64,000 bases of DNA from Pristiophorus japonicus (Eukaryota): positions 69,130,001 through 69,194,000 of the forward strand of contig NC_091987.1 in assembly GCF_044704955.1 (NCBI RefSeq), read 5' to 3'. Made by a program: the position numbers and the translations under genes. The notes beneath the pieces are model-generated. The model ran no database searches, was not told where the DNA came from, and saw only the letters and a program-made list of their open reading frames with translations. Below, piece after piece: positions 1 to 13,346 of the stretch. Position 1 is the stretch's first letter; each line of letters opens with the position of its first letter.

Positions 1-172
1 TGTGACCTGTCCTTTATTCCTTAGCACTCAAGTGATGAAGGTGGGTGGAGCTTCCCCTTTTATACCTGAAGGTCCAGGTTAGGAGTGTCTCCCACCTAGT
101 GGTCAGTGTTCTCACGGTGTACAACTTAGGTCAGTTTATACATGGGTTACAATGCTGGTTGAATACATGACA
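1..172 (-). mobile_element. Gypsy LTR (partial, cut by window start), inserted in a CR1 3' region
   Basis: Closely similar to the LTR at 63249-63492 (shared ggagcttccccttttatacctgaa...catgggttacaatg...gaatac.tgaca). Ends in CA at 172, directly followed by CR1 sequence. Confidence 0.8.
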
Positions 173-3105
173 GGTTGCCCCTTATTCTAAGATTATGCCC
201 CCGAGTTCTAGTCTCCCCTATCAGTGCAAACATCTTCTCTGCATCCACCTTATTAAGCCCCCTCATAATCTTATACGTTTCAATAAGATCACCTCTCATT
301 CTTCTGAATTCCAATGAGTAGAGGCCCAACCTACTCAACCTTTCCTCATAAGTCAACCCTCTCATCTCCAGAATCAACCGAGTGAACCTTCTCTGAGCTG
401 CCTCCAAAGCAAGTATATCCTTTCTTAAATATGGAGACCAAAACTGTACGCAGTATTCCAGGTGTGGCCTCACAAATACCCTGTAAAACTGTAGCAAGAC
501 TTTCCTGCTTTTATACTCCATCATCATCATCATAGGCAGTCCCTTGAAATCGAGGAAGACTTGCTTCCACTTCAAAAGTGAGTTCTCAGGTGAGTGAGCA
601 GTCCAATTCGGGAATTACAGTCTCTGTCACAGATGGGACAGAGTCGTTGGAGGAAAGGGTGAGTAGGGACTCTGGTTTGCTGCACGCTCATTCTACTGCC
701 TGCACTTGTTTTCTGCATGCTCTCAGCGACGAGACTTGAGGTGCTCAGCACCTTCCCGGATGCTCTTCCTCCACTTAGGGCGGTCTTTGGCCAGGGACTC
801 CCAGATGTCGGTGAGCATGTTGCACTTTATCAAGGCGGCTTTGAGGGTGTCCTTGAAACATTTCCTCTGCTCACCTGGGGCTCGCTTGCCGTGTAGGAGT
901 TCCAAGTAGAGCACTTGCTTTGGGAGTCTTGTGTCCGGCATGCGGACAATGTGGCCCGTCCAACAGAGCTGGTTGAGTGTGGTCACTGCTTCAATGCTGG
1001 GGATGTTGGCCTGATTGAAAACACGAACGTTGGGTGCATCTATCCGCACAGGGGATTTGCAGGATCTTGCGGAGACATCGTTGATGGTATTTCTCCAGCG
1101 ATTTGAGGTGTCTACTGTATATGGTCCATGTCTGTGAGCCATACAGGAGGGCGGCTATTGCTACAGCCCTGTAAACCATAAGCTTGGTGCCAGATTTGAG
1201 GGCCTGATCTTCGAACACTCTCTTCCTCAGGCGGCCGAAGGCTGCCCTGGCGCACCGGAGACGGTGTTGAACCTCGTCGTCGATGTCTGCCCTTGCTGAT
1301 AATAGGCACGTGAGGTATGGAAAATGGTCCACATTGTCCAGGGCCATGCCGTGGATCTTGATGACTGGGGGGCAGTGCTGTGTGGCGGGGTCAGGTTGGT
1401 GGAGGATCTTTGTCTTACGGATGTTTAGTGTAAGGCCCATGCTTTCGTACGCCTCGGTAAAGATGTTGACGATCACTTGGAGTTCAGCCTCTGAATGTGT
1501 GCAGACGCAAGCGTCATCCACATACTGTAGTTCGACGACAGAGGATGTGACGGTCTTGGATCTGACCTGGAGGTGACGAAGGTTGAACAGGTTCCCACTG
1601 GTTCGATAGTTTAGTTCCACTCCATCGGGGAGCTTGTTGAATGTGAGGTGGAGCATTGCAGCAAGGAAGATCGAGAAGAGTTTTGACGCGATGACGCAGC
1701 CCTGCTTGACCCCGATTCGGACGTGGATTGGGTCTGTGGTGGATCTGTTGGTCAGAATCACGGCTTGCATTCCATCTTGGAGCAGGCAGAGGATGGCAAC
1801 AAACTTTTGGGGGCAGCTGAAACGGAGGAGGACACTCCATAGTCCCTCGCGGTTAACAGTATCAAAGGCCTTTGTAAGGTCAAAGAAAGCCATGTACAAC
1901 GGTTTTTGCTATTTCCTGCATTTCTCTTGCAATTGTCGCGCCGTAAAGGACATCTCTGTCATGCCCCATAGTGGACGGAATCCACATTGTGACTCCGGGA
2001 GGAGTTCCTCAGTCACAGGGAGAAGACGGTTGAGGAGGATTCTAGTGATGACTTTCCCAGTGCCTGACAACAGAGAAATTCCTCTGTAGTTGCCGCAGTC
2101 GGACGTCCCCTTTTTTAAAGATGGTCACGATTACTGCATCTCTGAGATATCCTGGCATGCTCTCCTCCTTCCAGATGAGGTGATGAGGTCATGCATTCGT
2201 GAGAATAGTGCCTCTGCACCATACTTTAGTGCCTCAGCGGGGATTCCATCCGATCCCGATGCCTTGTTCTTGAGCTGACGGATGGCCTTTTCAACCTCGT
2301 GGTGGCCTGGTGTTTTGCTGAGATGGTGGCGGGTAGCATGCTGTGGGATGGAATCAAGGACACTCGTGTCAAAGGCAAAGTCTCGATTAAGGAGATCTTC
2401 GAAGTGCTCCTTCCAGCAGGTCCTGACTGCCTCGGTGTCCTTGACCAGCAGTGGGGTGGGGCCTTGGGTGCTTGGGGCTTAGGTGGACTTGACTGTAGTG
2501 GCAATAAAGGCCAAGATTCCATTGGCCTTCCTGATCACTTACTGTACCTGCATACCAACCTTTTGTGTTTCATGCACCAGGACCCCCAGGTCCCACTGTA
2601 TGGCGGCACTTTGCAATTTAAATAATAACTCACTCTTCGATCTTTTTTCTGCCACAGTGCATAACCTCACACTTTTCAACATTATGCTCCATCTGCCAAA
2701 TTTTTGCCCACTCACTTAGCCTGTCTATGTCCTTTTGCAGGTTTTTTGTGTCCTCCTCATTGTTTTTCCTCCCATCTTTGTATCGTCAGCAAATTTGGCA
2801 ACATTACACTCGGTCCCTTCATCCAAGTCGTTAATATAGATTGTAGATAGTTGTGGTCCTAGTACTGATCCCTGCAGCACCCCACTAGTTACTAATTGCC
2901 AACCGGAGAATGAACCATTTATCCCGACTCTCTGTTTTCTGTTAGTTAGCCAATCCTCCATCCATGGTAATATATTACCCCAACCCCGTAAACTTTTATC
3001 TTGTGCAGCAATCTTTTATGTGGCACCTTGTCAAATGCCTTCTGGAAGTCCAAATACACCACATCCACTGGTTCCCCTTTATCCACCCTGTTCATTACAT
3101 CCTCA
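173..3105 (-). mobile_element. CR1 LINE 3' fragment (RT C-terminal part), split by an RTE insertion (pieces 173-518 and ~2501-3105)
   Basis: ORF 147-575 [23 protein letters not shown]; ORF 2725-2961 [10 protein letters not shown]...KFADDTK. Both are homologous to the intact ORF2 at 40400. Confidence 0.85.
519..2500 (-). mobile_element. RTE/BovB-like LINE, 5'-truncated, frameshifted
   Basis: ORFs 991-1899 (FFDLTKAFDTV, GVKQGCVIA, QYVDD) and 723-1142 (WTGHIVRMPDTRLPKQVL). (CAT)n tail at 519-533. Confidence 0.88.
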
Positions 3106-4030
3106 CACTTCTCTCGATCCCTGCTTGGTAGCTAAATTGTCAGAATGCTTGTCCAACATTCAGTACTGGATGAGCAGAAATTTTCTCCAATTAAATATTG
3201 GGAAGACCGAAGCCATTATCTTTGGTCCCCACCACAAACTGTGTTCCCTAACCACTGATTCCATCCCTCTCCCTAGCATCAATCTGAGGGTGAACAATTG
3301 TTCACAACCTAGGTATCATATTTGACTCTGAAATGACTTTCCAGCCACATATCCGTGACATAACTAAAACCACTTTTTCCCACCTCCGTAACATTGCCCG
3401 CCTCCGCCCCTGCCTCAGCTCTTCTGCTGCTGAAACATTCTTGCATTTGTTACCTCTGGACTTAACTACTCCAACTCACTCCTGACTGGCCTCCCACCTT
3501 CTACATTATGTAAACTTGTCATCTAAAACTCAGCAGCCCGTGTACTAACTCACACCAAGTCACGATTACCCATCACCCCTGTACTTTCTGACCTACATTG
3601 GCTCCCAGTTAAACAACGCCTCGATTTCAAAATTCTCATCCTTGTTTACAAATCACTCCATGGCCTTGCCCCTCCCTATCTCTGTAATCTCCTTCAGTCT
3701 CACAACTCCACAAGATGTGTCTGCTCCTCAAATTCTGGCCTCTTGAACATCCCTCATAACTGCTCAACCATCGGTGGCCGTGCCTTCAGCTGTTTGGGCC
3801 CTAAGCTCTGGAACTCTCTCCCCAAACCTCTCCGTCCCTCTACCTCTCTTTCCTCTTTTAAGATGCTCCTTAAAACCTACGTCTTTAAACAAGCTTTTGG
3901 TCATCTGCCTTAATTTCGTCTTTTGTGGCTCGGTGTCAAATTTATCTGTTTTGTCTTGTAACACTATTGTGAAGCACCTTGGGATGTTTACTACGATAAA
4001 GGTGCGATGTAAATAAAAGTTATTATATTT
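3106..4030 (+). mobile_element. L2-clade LINE 3' fragment
   Basis: CLSNIQYWMSRNFLQLNIGKTEAIIF and LHWLPV-type coding remnant. 3' end gtgaagcaccttgggatg...taaa, similar to 47890-47969. Confidence 0.8.
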
Positions 4031-4109
4031 ATCCATTGAATTGTCTTTTAATGCTTTCAATAAAGCTTTTCCTTAAAGTCCTTAGTTTCTTCCAAAGATT
4101 TGGAGTTAA

Positions 4110-5232
4110 ACAATACAAAAGCAAAATATTGCGGATGCTGGAAATCTGAAATACAAACAGAAATGATGGAAATACTCAGCAGGTCAGACAGCATCTGTGG
4201 AGCGAGAAACGGAGTTAACGTTTCAGGTCGATGACTTTCTGTCAGAACTGAAAAACTTAGAGATGTAACAAATTTTAAGCTAGGGAAAGGAGAGAGGAGA
4301 GGAAAGAACAAAAGGGAAGGTCTGTGATAGGGTAGAAGGCAGGAGTGATTAAATGACAAAAGGGATGATCGTGCAAGGCAAAAGGAAATGGTAATGGGAC
4401 AATTCATGAAACAAAAGATGACTCTAGAAAAGGTATAAATGGTGTTGGCAGAATCTTCAACAGCTGCCATTTGAAAAAATATGGGCAGAAGTTATGGTCT
4501 GAAATTGTTGAACTCGATGTTGAGTTTAGAAGGCTGTAAAGTGCTTAAGCGAAAGATGAGGTGCTGTTCCTTAAGCTTCCATTGAGCTTCATTGGAACAG
4601 TGTAGGAGCTGAGGACAGAGAGATCAGAGTGGGAGTGGAGTGGAGAATTAAAACGACAGGCGACCGGAAGCTCGGGGACACGCTTTTGGACTGAAAGGAG
4701 CTGTTCCACAAAGTGGTCACCCAATCTGCGTTTGTTCTCCCCAAGAGGAGACCACATCATGAGCAGTGAATACAGTATACTAAATTGAAAGAAGTACAAG
4801 TAAATCATTGTTTCACCTGGAAGGAGTGGTTGGGGCCCTGGATAGTGGGAAGGGAGGAGGTAAAAGGGCAGGTGTTGTATCTCTTGCGCTTGCACGGGAA
4901 GGTGCAGTGGGAAGGGGAGGCGGTGTTGGGGGTGATTGAGGAGTGGACCAGAGTGCCAAGGAGGGTGCGGTCCCTTTGGAATGCTTAAAGGAGAGGGAAG
5001 GGGAAGATGGTACTGAAACAATGGGTCTACCAGGACAGTCCTGTTTGTGGATCTTGGGAAGGGGGTAGAAGTGGGCTGTGCGGGGTTGGGGAACTATGAG
5101 GTTGGCGGCTGTGGAGAGAAGATATCGAGAGGATATGTGATCAGTGACAGTCTTGGAAACGATGGCTTGATATTCGGTAATGAGATCATGGTCCAGGGGA
5201 GGCAGGAGGAGGTGTTAGAGAGTTGGCCTTCA
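4110..5232 (-). mobile_element. Penelope-like element fragment (GIY-YIG C-terminal region plus 3' pLTR-type tail)
   Basis: ORF 4545-5021 contains GENKRRLGDHFVEQL...PELPVACRFNSPLHSHSDLSVL, matching the PLE pattern GETKRRLxDRFxEH...PVAxHFN. The tail carries a hammerhead-like motif. Confidence 0.75.
4213..4249 (-). ncRNA. Degenerate minimal hammerhead ribozyme motif of a Penelope tail
   Basis: Minus strand reads AGUU-CUGACAG-AAAGUC-AUC-GACCU-GAAAC-GUU-AACU: stem I AGUU/AACU, short stem II, GAAA core. The CUGAnGA core is mutated. Confidence 0.45.
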
Positions 5233-6084
5233 ACCTGCTGTTTTTCTCAAAGCAGTGTCTCTGAGCTGTATTATATATGAGCCTATGATATATGATGATT
5301 TGGATTGTGCAGTCTGACCATGAGCATTGCACCTAACTCCCCAAATACATCAGTGCCCTTCAGTTAGTTATACTGATGGAATATTTTTCTTAAGTTTCTA
5401 GCAGTAGATTTTCTTAAAAGAACTTGGGAAAAACAAGCACAAATTTCAAAAGCTTATTGAGGCAAGTTTTTGTTAAACAGGCTGTGTATGTGTGCATGCA
5501 CTTGTTTGTGTGTGTAAGATAATGAGAAAACACAATCGCCTACTGATCAGATAGCCTTCTGTAAATTTCAGAAAGTGTGTTAGCCTAAGCAAAAGGATGA
5601 CTGAGGTCAAAGTGAGAGAAGCAAGAAGTGGGTAGGAAAAGGCTGTGAAAGAATTTGTCTTCATGGTTACAGTTCAATTTTCAAAGAAAAACATTGAATT
5701 TTGAAGCCAAATAATGATCTCACCTCTGTTCTGTTGACAGTTAGAAAAGGCAGTTGTTAATTGCAGCTGTGAAATAAATTCTAATTGCTAATGCCCGTGA
5801 GAGAGAGAGAAATGGGACGAAAATTAAACTTCAAGTCGGGCACAAAATGGGTGTTTGTGGTTCAGCTGTCCGTTATACAACCCACCCAATGTTCCTGTCC
5901 ACAGAGAGGGTAGAATTTCCATGGGGGTTCCCCTCATCTCCTACCACAACTTTGGAAAAAAAAACCAGTGGAAACCCAGGAGAAACAATGGAAATAACCA
6001 TTTGTGCTATTTCTCTAAGGTTGCTGCCCATCTTTCACAGAAGTTACGATGGGGGATCAAGCGAATCCATGTGAAAATTTTACT

Positions 6085-7120
6085 CCAGTGTTGTTGCTCA
6101 TTCAAGGAAGATGGTTATAGTGGTTGGAGGTCAATCATCCCAGCCCCAGGACATCGCTGCAGGAGTTCCTCAGGGAAGTGTCCTAAGCCCAACCATCTTC
6201 AGCTGCTTCATCAATGACCTTCCTTCCATCATAAGGTCAGAAGTGGGAGTGTTCAATTCCATTCGCAACTTCTCAGATAATGAAGCACTCCATGCCGGCA
6301 TAACAGCAAGACCTGGACAACATTCAGGCTTGGGCTGATAAGTGGCAAGTGACATTCACAACACGCAAGTGCCAGGCAATGACTATCTCCAACAAGCGAG
6401 AGTCTAACCACCGCCCCTTAGCATTCAATGCCATTACCATCGCCGAATCCCCCACCATCAACATCCTGGGGGTCACCATTGGCCAGAAACTTAACTGGAC
6501 CAGCCACATAAATACTGTGGCAACAAGAACAGGTCAGAGGCTGGGTATTCTGCGATGAGTGTCTCATCTCCCGACTCCCCAAAGCCTTTCCACCATCTAC
6601 AAGGCACAAGTCAGGAGTGTGATGGAATACCCTCCACTTGCCTGGATGAGTGCAGCTCCAACAATACTCAAAAACTCGAGACCATCCAGGACAAAGCAGC
6701 CGATTTGATTGGCAACCCATCCACCACCTTAAACATCCACTCCCTCCACCACCGGCGTACCGTGGCTGCAGTGGGTACATCTACAAGACGCACTGCAGCA
6801 ACTCGCCAAAGCTGTTTCGGCAGCACCTCCCAAACCTGTGATCTCTACCATCTAGAAGGACGAGGGCAGCAAGCACATGGGAACACCACCACCTCCACAT
6901 TCCCCTCCATCCTAATTTGGAAGTATATCGCCGTTCCTTCATCGTCGCTGGGTCAAAATTCTGGAGCTCCCTCCCTAACAGCACTGTGGGAGTACCTTCA
7001 CCACATGGACTGCAGTGGTTCAAGAAGGTGGCTCACCACCATCTTCTCAAGGGCAATTAGGATGGGCAATAAATGCTGGCCTTGCCAGCGACGCCCACAT
7101 CCCATGAACGAATTTTAAAA
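6085..7120 (+). mobile_element. Non-LTR LINE 3' fragment (RT C-terminus; clade not resolved; same family as 53090-55900)
   Basis: [21 protein letters not shown] and ILGVTIGQKLNWTSHI. 3' end gggcaataaatgctggccttgccagcgacgcccacatcccatgaa. Confidence 0.75.
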
Positions 7121-7499
7121 AATCATAATTTGATTTTTTTTAAAATAGAACAAATTTAATTTTGAAAGTAAACGATAGCTTTTTGAGGGAAACAGAAGAG
7201 GATAGGAGAGAAGAGAAACAGGTTGAAGTAAGGAAACCTCTGATCTCTCACCACCTGCCTTTGGAGGCCAACTAGGAGTGGAGGTGCTGAAAAATATGAG
7301 TACGTGGGACCTACATTCGTGGCCAAGTACATCTTTCATTCAGTGTACTAATCCATCGCTATTCTTTCCTCACCAGAGAGTTCCCTCCCCTTGCTGCGCC
7401 CCATCTGGTGGCAGTGCCTTTGCTTGGGGTGGGCTGAGACTCCACCCGAAGCATGGAACCAAGGCAACTGGCAGGGAAAGTCAGAATACAGCATATTCA

Positions 7500-7830
7500 C
7501 ATCCCAACATCAGAGGGCTTTAAACTTACATCATATGTCAGGCTTCCCTAGAATGCAAGGGACAATAGACCACACCCATGTAGCAATAAGGGTTGTACCT
7601 CAAAACCTGCTGCACTTTTTAAATCACAAGGAATTCCGGTCACTCAATATATACATGTTATGAAACCGACAGTGTAACATCTTGCACATCAATGAAGGAG
7701 CTGCCATGACACCTTTACATTGAGGAACTCCAGCATCCATCCTCTGTTTCAAAGAGTCTGACTGGCTCCTTAGTAACAAGGATTACCCATACTACCCTGG
7801 CTAATGACCCCAACCGCATCCCTTTCACTA
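7500..7830 (+). pseudogene. PIF/Harbinger (HARBI1-like) transposase remnant
   Basis: GFPRMQGTIDHTHVAI...FLNHKEFRSLNI matches the Harbinger motif GFPxxxGAIDCTHV...NRKGFHSLNVQ. Confidence 0.65.
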
Positions 7831-8890
7831 CTGCATGACATTTCCCTGCTGAATGGACTTACAATGGACACCACAAAAGAGAAAAGGGAGCCAGCAGCGA
7901 GAGCCCAGCAGCTACTTGACCAACAGCAAAGGAAGAAGAAAGGCAGGCCCTTGAACATAGAGAGAGATCATCCCAACCACACCTGATGAACACTGCTTTC
8001 TCCAACCAATAAATAAAGAGGTGGGCTTATCTTATAGCCTTTACACTACTGCCAATAACTTTGTTCTTAATGTCAATCCATGACTTTGTCCTTTTCCCGA
8101 TCACTATTTTCCAACCAAAGTAGCTCAATATTCCTAGTCTGATGCCTCTATTAAAAGTCTTCAATTACATTTTAATATACACCCAGCTAAAAAACAGTCA
8201 TCATTCTAAACACTAGATTAGATATCACAAAGCATTTTTACCACACACACATGTATATACTTACAGTAAGTGTAACTTTTATTCACTGTGCATAAGGTGC
8301 CTCCTTGTGCTGTTCTCAAACTTATCCTGGTGCTATATTTAGGTGTTGCCCAAGGACCAGTGATGCCAGAGATGTTTGGCTGCACTATGTCAATGTAAAC
8401 TTCTTGACACAAAGGCGGTGCTCGTCTCACAGCTTATGATTCCTGAGAGGACACCAGCAGGCTGTATCACCTCTGAAGGTTCATGGGCAGCTTGGTCCTG
8501 CCTCCTGTCACTTAAATGAGGAGGCATCTGAGAGGGGTCGACTGAAAAGTTCACAAGAGCTGCCATCAGGAGTGAGGACAGCATCATGAGAAGGGCGCTT
8601 GACACAACATTTGTGCTGGATGCTGGATCTAGGAGCCCACAGGTCAGTCAGAGGGCAGACCCAATGACAATTAGTCTTGTAGACCCTGAGAGATTACACC
8701 ACATAAGGCCTGAAGGCCATATTGGCAAGATAAAATAGTCTCCAATAGAAAAGATGGATACAGGTATTTCTGGTCACTCCAGCTAATGCTGTATCATGTC
8801 AAATCCTTCTTGGATATTGGCACAAAGGATGGCATTGGACTCCACTGTGAGCTTTGCAATCTGCCTCAGGTCCTCTGAGATGGTCCTCAA

Positions 8891-11800
8891 TGTTATCTCT
8901 TGAATAAAGAATCAGACCAGATACTGCAAGCTCAAAGTAAAGTGTGACTATAGTCCTTTATTACAGGTCTCAGAGTGCCTCTCTAGCCTGTGGGACCTCC
9001 ATATGTACCAGTGCTCCAAAGGGATTGTGGTATCCCTTGGGACTCCAGGGATGAGCCCTCTGGTGGTTAAACATGATATTTACAGGTTTACATATATAAC
9101 AACGCCACCACACCCCCCGCCCCCCCCACCCCCTGCCAAAGTCAATAGTGTAACTATTTACAATGTGAGTCGATCTGGGGCCTTCCTTTCCCTGGTTGAT
9201 CGTCTCGGTGCAAATGCTGGTTTTGGTGAGACGTTTGTTGGGCCCTCGCTGGGCTGCTGTGCAGCTGGCCTTGCTGGGCTGCTGTGGGTAATGGGTTCTG
9301 CTTCGTGGTCAACCGTTGGGTTGGTTGCCACTTGTGTGTGTGTTGGAGGGTCGAAAAAGGTAGAGTCTATTGTGGGTTGTTCTGGATAATCTGTGAATCT
9401 GAGTTTGGTTTAGTCCAAGTATTTCCTGCAGGTGAGTCCATTTGAAAGTTTGACCACAAACACCCTACTCCCCTCTTTGGCCAAAACAGTGCCGGGAAGC
9501 CACTTGGGACCTTGTCCATAGTTCAACACAAATACAGGAGCATTAATCTCGATTTCGCGTGACACATTTGCACGGTCATGATATGTATTCTGTTGAAGCC
9601 GCCTGCTCTCTACTTGTTCGCGTAGATCAGGGTGGACTAACGAGAGCCTTGTCTTAAGTGATCTTTTCATGAGCAGTTCAGCGGGGGGAACCCCAGTGAG
9701 CGAGTGGGGTCTTGTGCGGTAACTAAGCAGGACTCGGGATGGGCGAGTCTGCAGTGAGCCTTCAGTTACCCTCTTGATAGTTTGCACTGCTCGCTCTGCC
9801 TGACCGTTGGACGCTGGTTTAAACGGGGCAGATGTGACATGTTTAATCCCATTGCGGGTCATGAACTCTTTGAACTCGGCACTGGTGAAGCACGGCCCAT
9901 TGTCACTCACAAGGGCATCTGGCAGGCCGTGCATGGCAAACATGGCCCGTAGGCTTTCAATGATGGCAGCGGACATGCTTGCAGACATTATCACATTCAA
10001 TCCATTTGGAGTACGCATCTACAACCACTAGGAACATTTTTCCTAAGAATGGACCTGCATAGTCGGACATGAACCCTGGACCACGGTTTGGAGGGCCAGG
10101 ACCATAAACTTAGTGGTGCCTCCCTGGGTGCATTGCTTAACTGTGGACATGTATTACATTTGTGCACGCAGGACTCTAAGTCTGCATCGATACTGGGCCA
10201 CCACACGTGGGATCTGGCTATCGTTTTCATCATTACGGTGCCTGGGTGGGTGCTGTGGAGGTCACTAATGAAAGTGTCCTTGCCCTTTTTTGGCACCACT
10301 ACCCGGTTACCCCATAGGAGGCAGTCTGCCTGTTTGGAAATTTCATCTCTGCGCCACTGGTACGGCTTTATTTCTTCCTGCATCTCTAACGGGACACGAG
10401 ACCAACTCCCGTGGAGCACACAATTTTTTACTCAGGACAGTAAGGGGTCCTGGCTCGACCAGGTTCTAATCTGTCGGGCGGTAACAGGTGATTGCTCACT
10501 CTCGAATGCTTCCATTACCATAACTAAATCTGTGCCTGGCCTGTGGCGGATGGCGTAGTTGTATGCGGACAATGTGAGCGCCCATCTCTGGATGCGGGCC
10601 GATGCATTCGTATTTATCCCCTTACTTTCAGAAAAGAGGGATATAAGTGGCTTATGGTCGGTTTCCAATTCAAATTTGAGCCTAAACAGATATTGATGCA
10701 TTTTCTTTACCCCATAAACACACGCTAACGCTTCTTTTTCGATCATGCTGTAGGCCCTCTCAGCTTTAGACAGACTTCTGGATGCATAAACAACCGGTTG
10801 CAATTTCCCAAATTCATTAGCTTGTTGCAATACACACCCGACACCGTACGACGACGCATCACATGCTAGTACCAAACGCTTACATGGATCGTACAACACA
10901 AGCAATTTGTTTGAACATAACAGTTTCCTAGCTTTCTCAAAGGCATTTTATTGGTTTTTACTCCATACCCATTCATCTCCTTTATGCAGTAAAGAGGGCA
11001 GTGGTTCTAACAATATGCTAAGACCCGGTAAGAAGTTACCAAAGTAGTTCAGGAGTCCTAGAAACGACTGCAACTTCATCACCTTCTGTGGTCTCAGTGC
11101 ATTCTTGATTGCCTCCGTCTTTGAATTGGTGGGCCTGATGCCGTCCAGCGCGATTCTTCTCCCCAGGAACTCCACTTCAGGCACCAGGAAAATGCACTTT
11201 GAGCATTTTAGCCTGAGCCCCACACGATTAAGCCAACTAAGAACCTCCTCCAGGTTCTGCAGGTGCTCGACGGTGTCCCGGCTTGTAATCAAGATGTCAT
11301 TCTGAAGACTAAGGTGCGCGGGACTGACTTCAGCAAGCTTTCCATGTTCCTCTGGAATATCGCCGCGGCCAATCGAATCCCAAACGGGCATCTGTTGTAA
11401 ATGAAGAGACCTTTGTGCGTGCTAATACAGGTGAGGCCCTTCGATGATTCCTCTAGCTCCTACGTCATGTAGGCTGAGGTCAAGTCCAGCTTCGTGAACG
11501 TTTTTCCTCCTGCCAGCGTCGCAAATAGGTCGTCTGCCTTTGGTAGTGGGTATTGATCCTGCAGGGAGAAACGATTGATAGTTACTTTGTAATCACCACA
11601 GATTCTGACAGTGACGTCTTCCCTGAGGACTGGAACAATTGGACTGGCCCACTCTTGAATTCGATCGCCGAAATGATGCCCTCTCGTTGCAGCCTTTCCA
11701 GCTCGATCTCCACCGTCTCTCTCATCATGTATGGTAACACTCTCGCCTTGTGATAGATGGGTCGCGCCCCCGGAATCAAGTGGATCTGCACTTTTGCTCC

Positions 11801-13346
11801 TTGGAGCTTCCCGATGCCCAGTTCGAACAAAGAGGGGAACTTGTTTAGGACCTGGGCACATGAAGTGTAATCAATGGACGAGAGCGCTCGGACGTCGTCC
11901 CAGTTCCAGCGTATCTTTCCCAGCCAGCTTCTGCCGAACAGCGTGGGGCCATCGCCCAGTACCACCCAGAGTGGTAACTTGTGCATCGCTCCTTCATAGG
12001 AGACCTTTACGGTAGCACTGCCGATTACGGGAATCAGTTCCTTTGTGTACGTTCTCAGTTTAGTATGAATGGGAGATCAGGACTGGCCTTGAGGGCTTGC
12101 TGCACCCCAATTTATCGAAAGTCTTTTTGCTCATTATTGACTGGCTCGCATCTGTGTCCAGCTCCATTCAACCTTCAGCATTATCGGGGGACACTTTGTG
12201 GTAAATGTGTGCACCCCATATACCTCTGCCTCCTTAGTCTGAGGCTCTGGTTCATCGTGATCCACTGTGGATCTGTCCTCCTCTGCAACATGGTGGTTTG
12301 CAGGATTAGCAGGGTTTGCAGCTTGCCTGCACATACATTGGAGGTGTCCTATTGTTCCACAGCCCTTGCAAACGTATCCTTTGAAGCGACATGAATGGAA
12401 ACGATGATTCTGCAGTGCCAAGAAGGTGTTAATGGCCTTACATTCACCACCCTTGATGGTGGACTCTGAGCCATCTGCGGATGTGCAGCTGCAGGCATGT
12501 GAGTCCTGCCCTGCACATTACGATTTGAAAACAACATTACTTTGTTCACAGTACTTGCAGCAGCACTCGTGTGCTGAGAGATTTGTTTGGTATTGTCACT
12601 GGTGGAGATAAACGTCTGGGCTATCGCTATGGCTTTACTCAAGGTTGGGGTCTCTACAGTCAAGAGCTTGCGAAGTATTACATCATGGCCAATGCCAAGT
12701 ACAAAGAAGTCCCTGAGCATGTGCTCCAAGTGTCCTCCAAATTCGCAATGTCCTGCAAGGTGCCTTAGCTCGGCGACGTAGCTCGCCACTTCCTGTTCTT
12801 CAGACCCCTTGTACGAGTAGAACCGATACCTCGCCATCAGAACGCTTTCCTTCGGGTTTAGATGCTCCCAGATCAGTGTGCACAAATCATCATACGACTT
12901 CTCTGTGGGTTTCCCTGGAGCGAGCAGATTTTTCATGAGGCCCTACGTTGGTGCCCCGCAAATGCTGAGGAGGATTGCCCTTCGTTTGGCAGCATTCACT
13001 TCTCCTTCCAGGTCGTTGGCCACGAAGTATTGGTCGAGTCGCTCCACGAATGTTTCCCAATCATCTCCCTCTGAAAATTTCTCCAGGATGCCCACGGTGC
13101 TCTGCATTGTTGCGGTGGGGTTCGTCATCTGTATTTCGTCGCCAGTTGTTATGTCTTGAATAAAAAATCAGACCAGATAAAGTAAGGTATGACCGTAGTC
13201 CTTTATTACAAGTCTCAGAGTGCCTCTCCAGCCTGTGAGGCCTCCTTATGTACTGGTGCTCCAAGGGATTATGGTATCCCTTGGGACTCCAGGTGATGAG
13301 CTCTCTGATGGTTAAACATGGTATTTACAGGTTTACTTATATAACG
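8891..13346 (-). mobile_element. Full-length but decayed Gypsy/Ty3 LTR retrotransposon (gag-PR-RT-RH-IN)
   Basis: LTRs at 8891-9101 and 13147-13346. PBS TGGCGACGA next to the 5' LTR, purine tract next to the 3' LTR, near-TSD CTCAA/CTCAG. ORF pieces: gag (WETFVERLDQYF), RT (RICGDYK, FTKLDL), RNase H (LACDASSYGVG), integrase (VSDNGPCF, SNGQAERAVQT). Confidence 0.93.
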
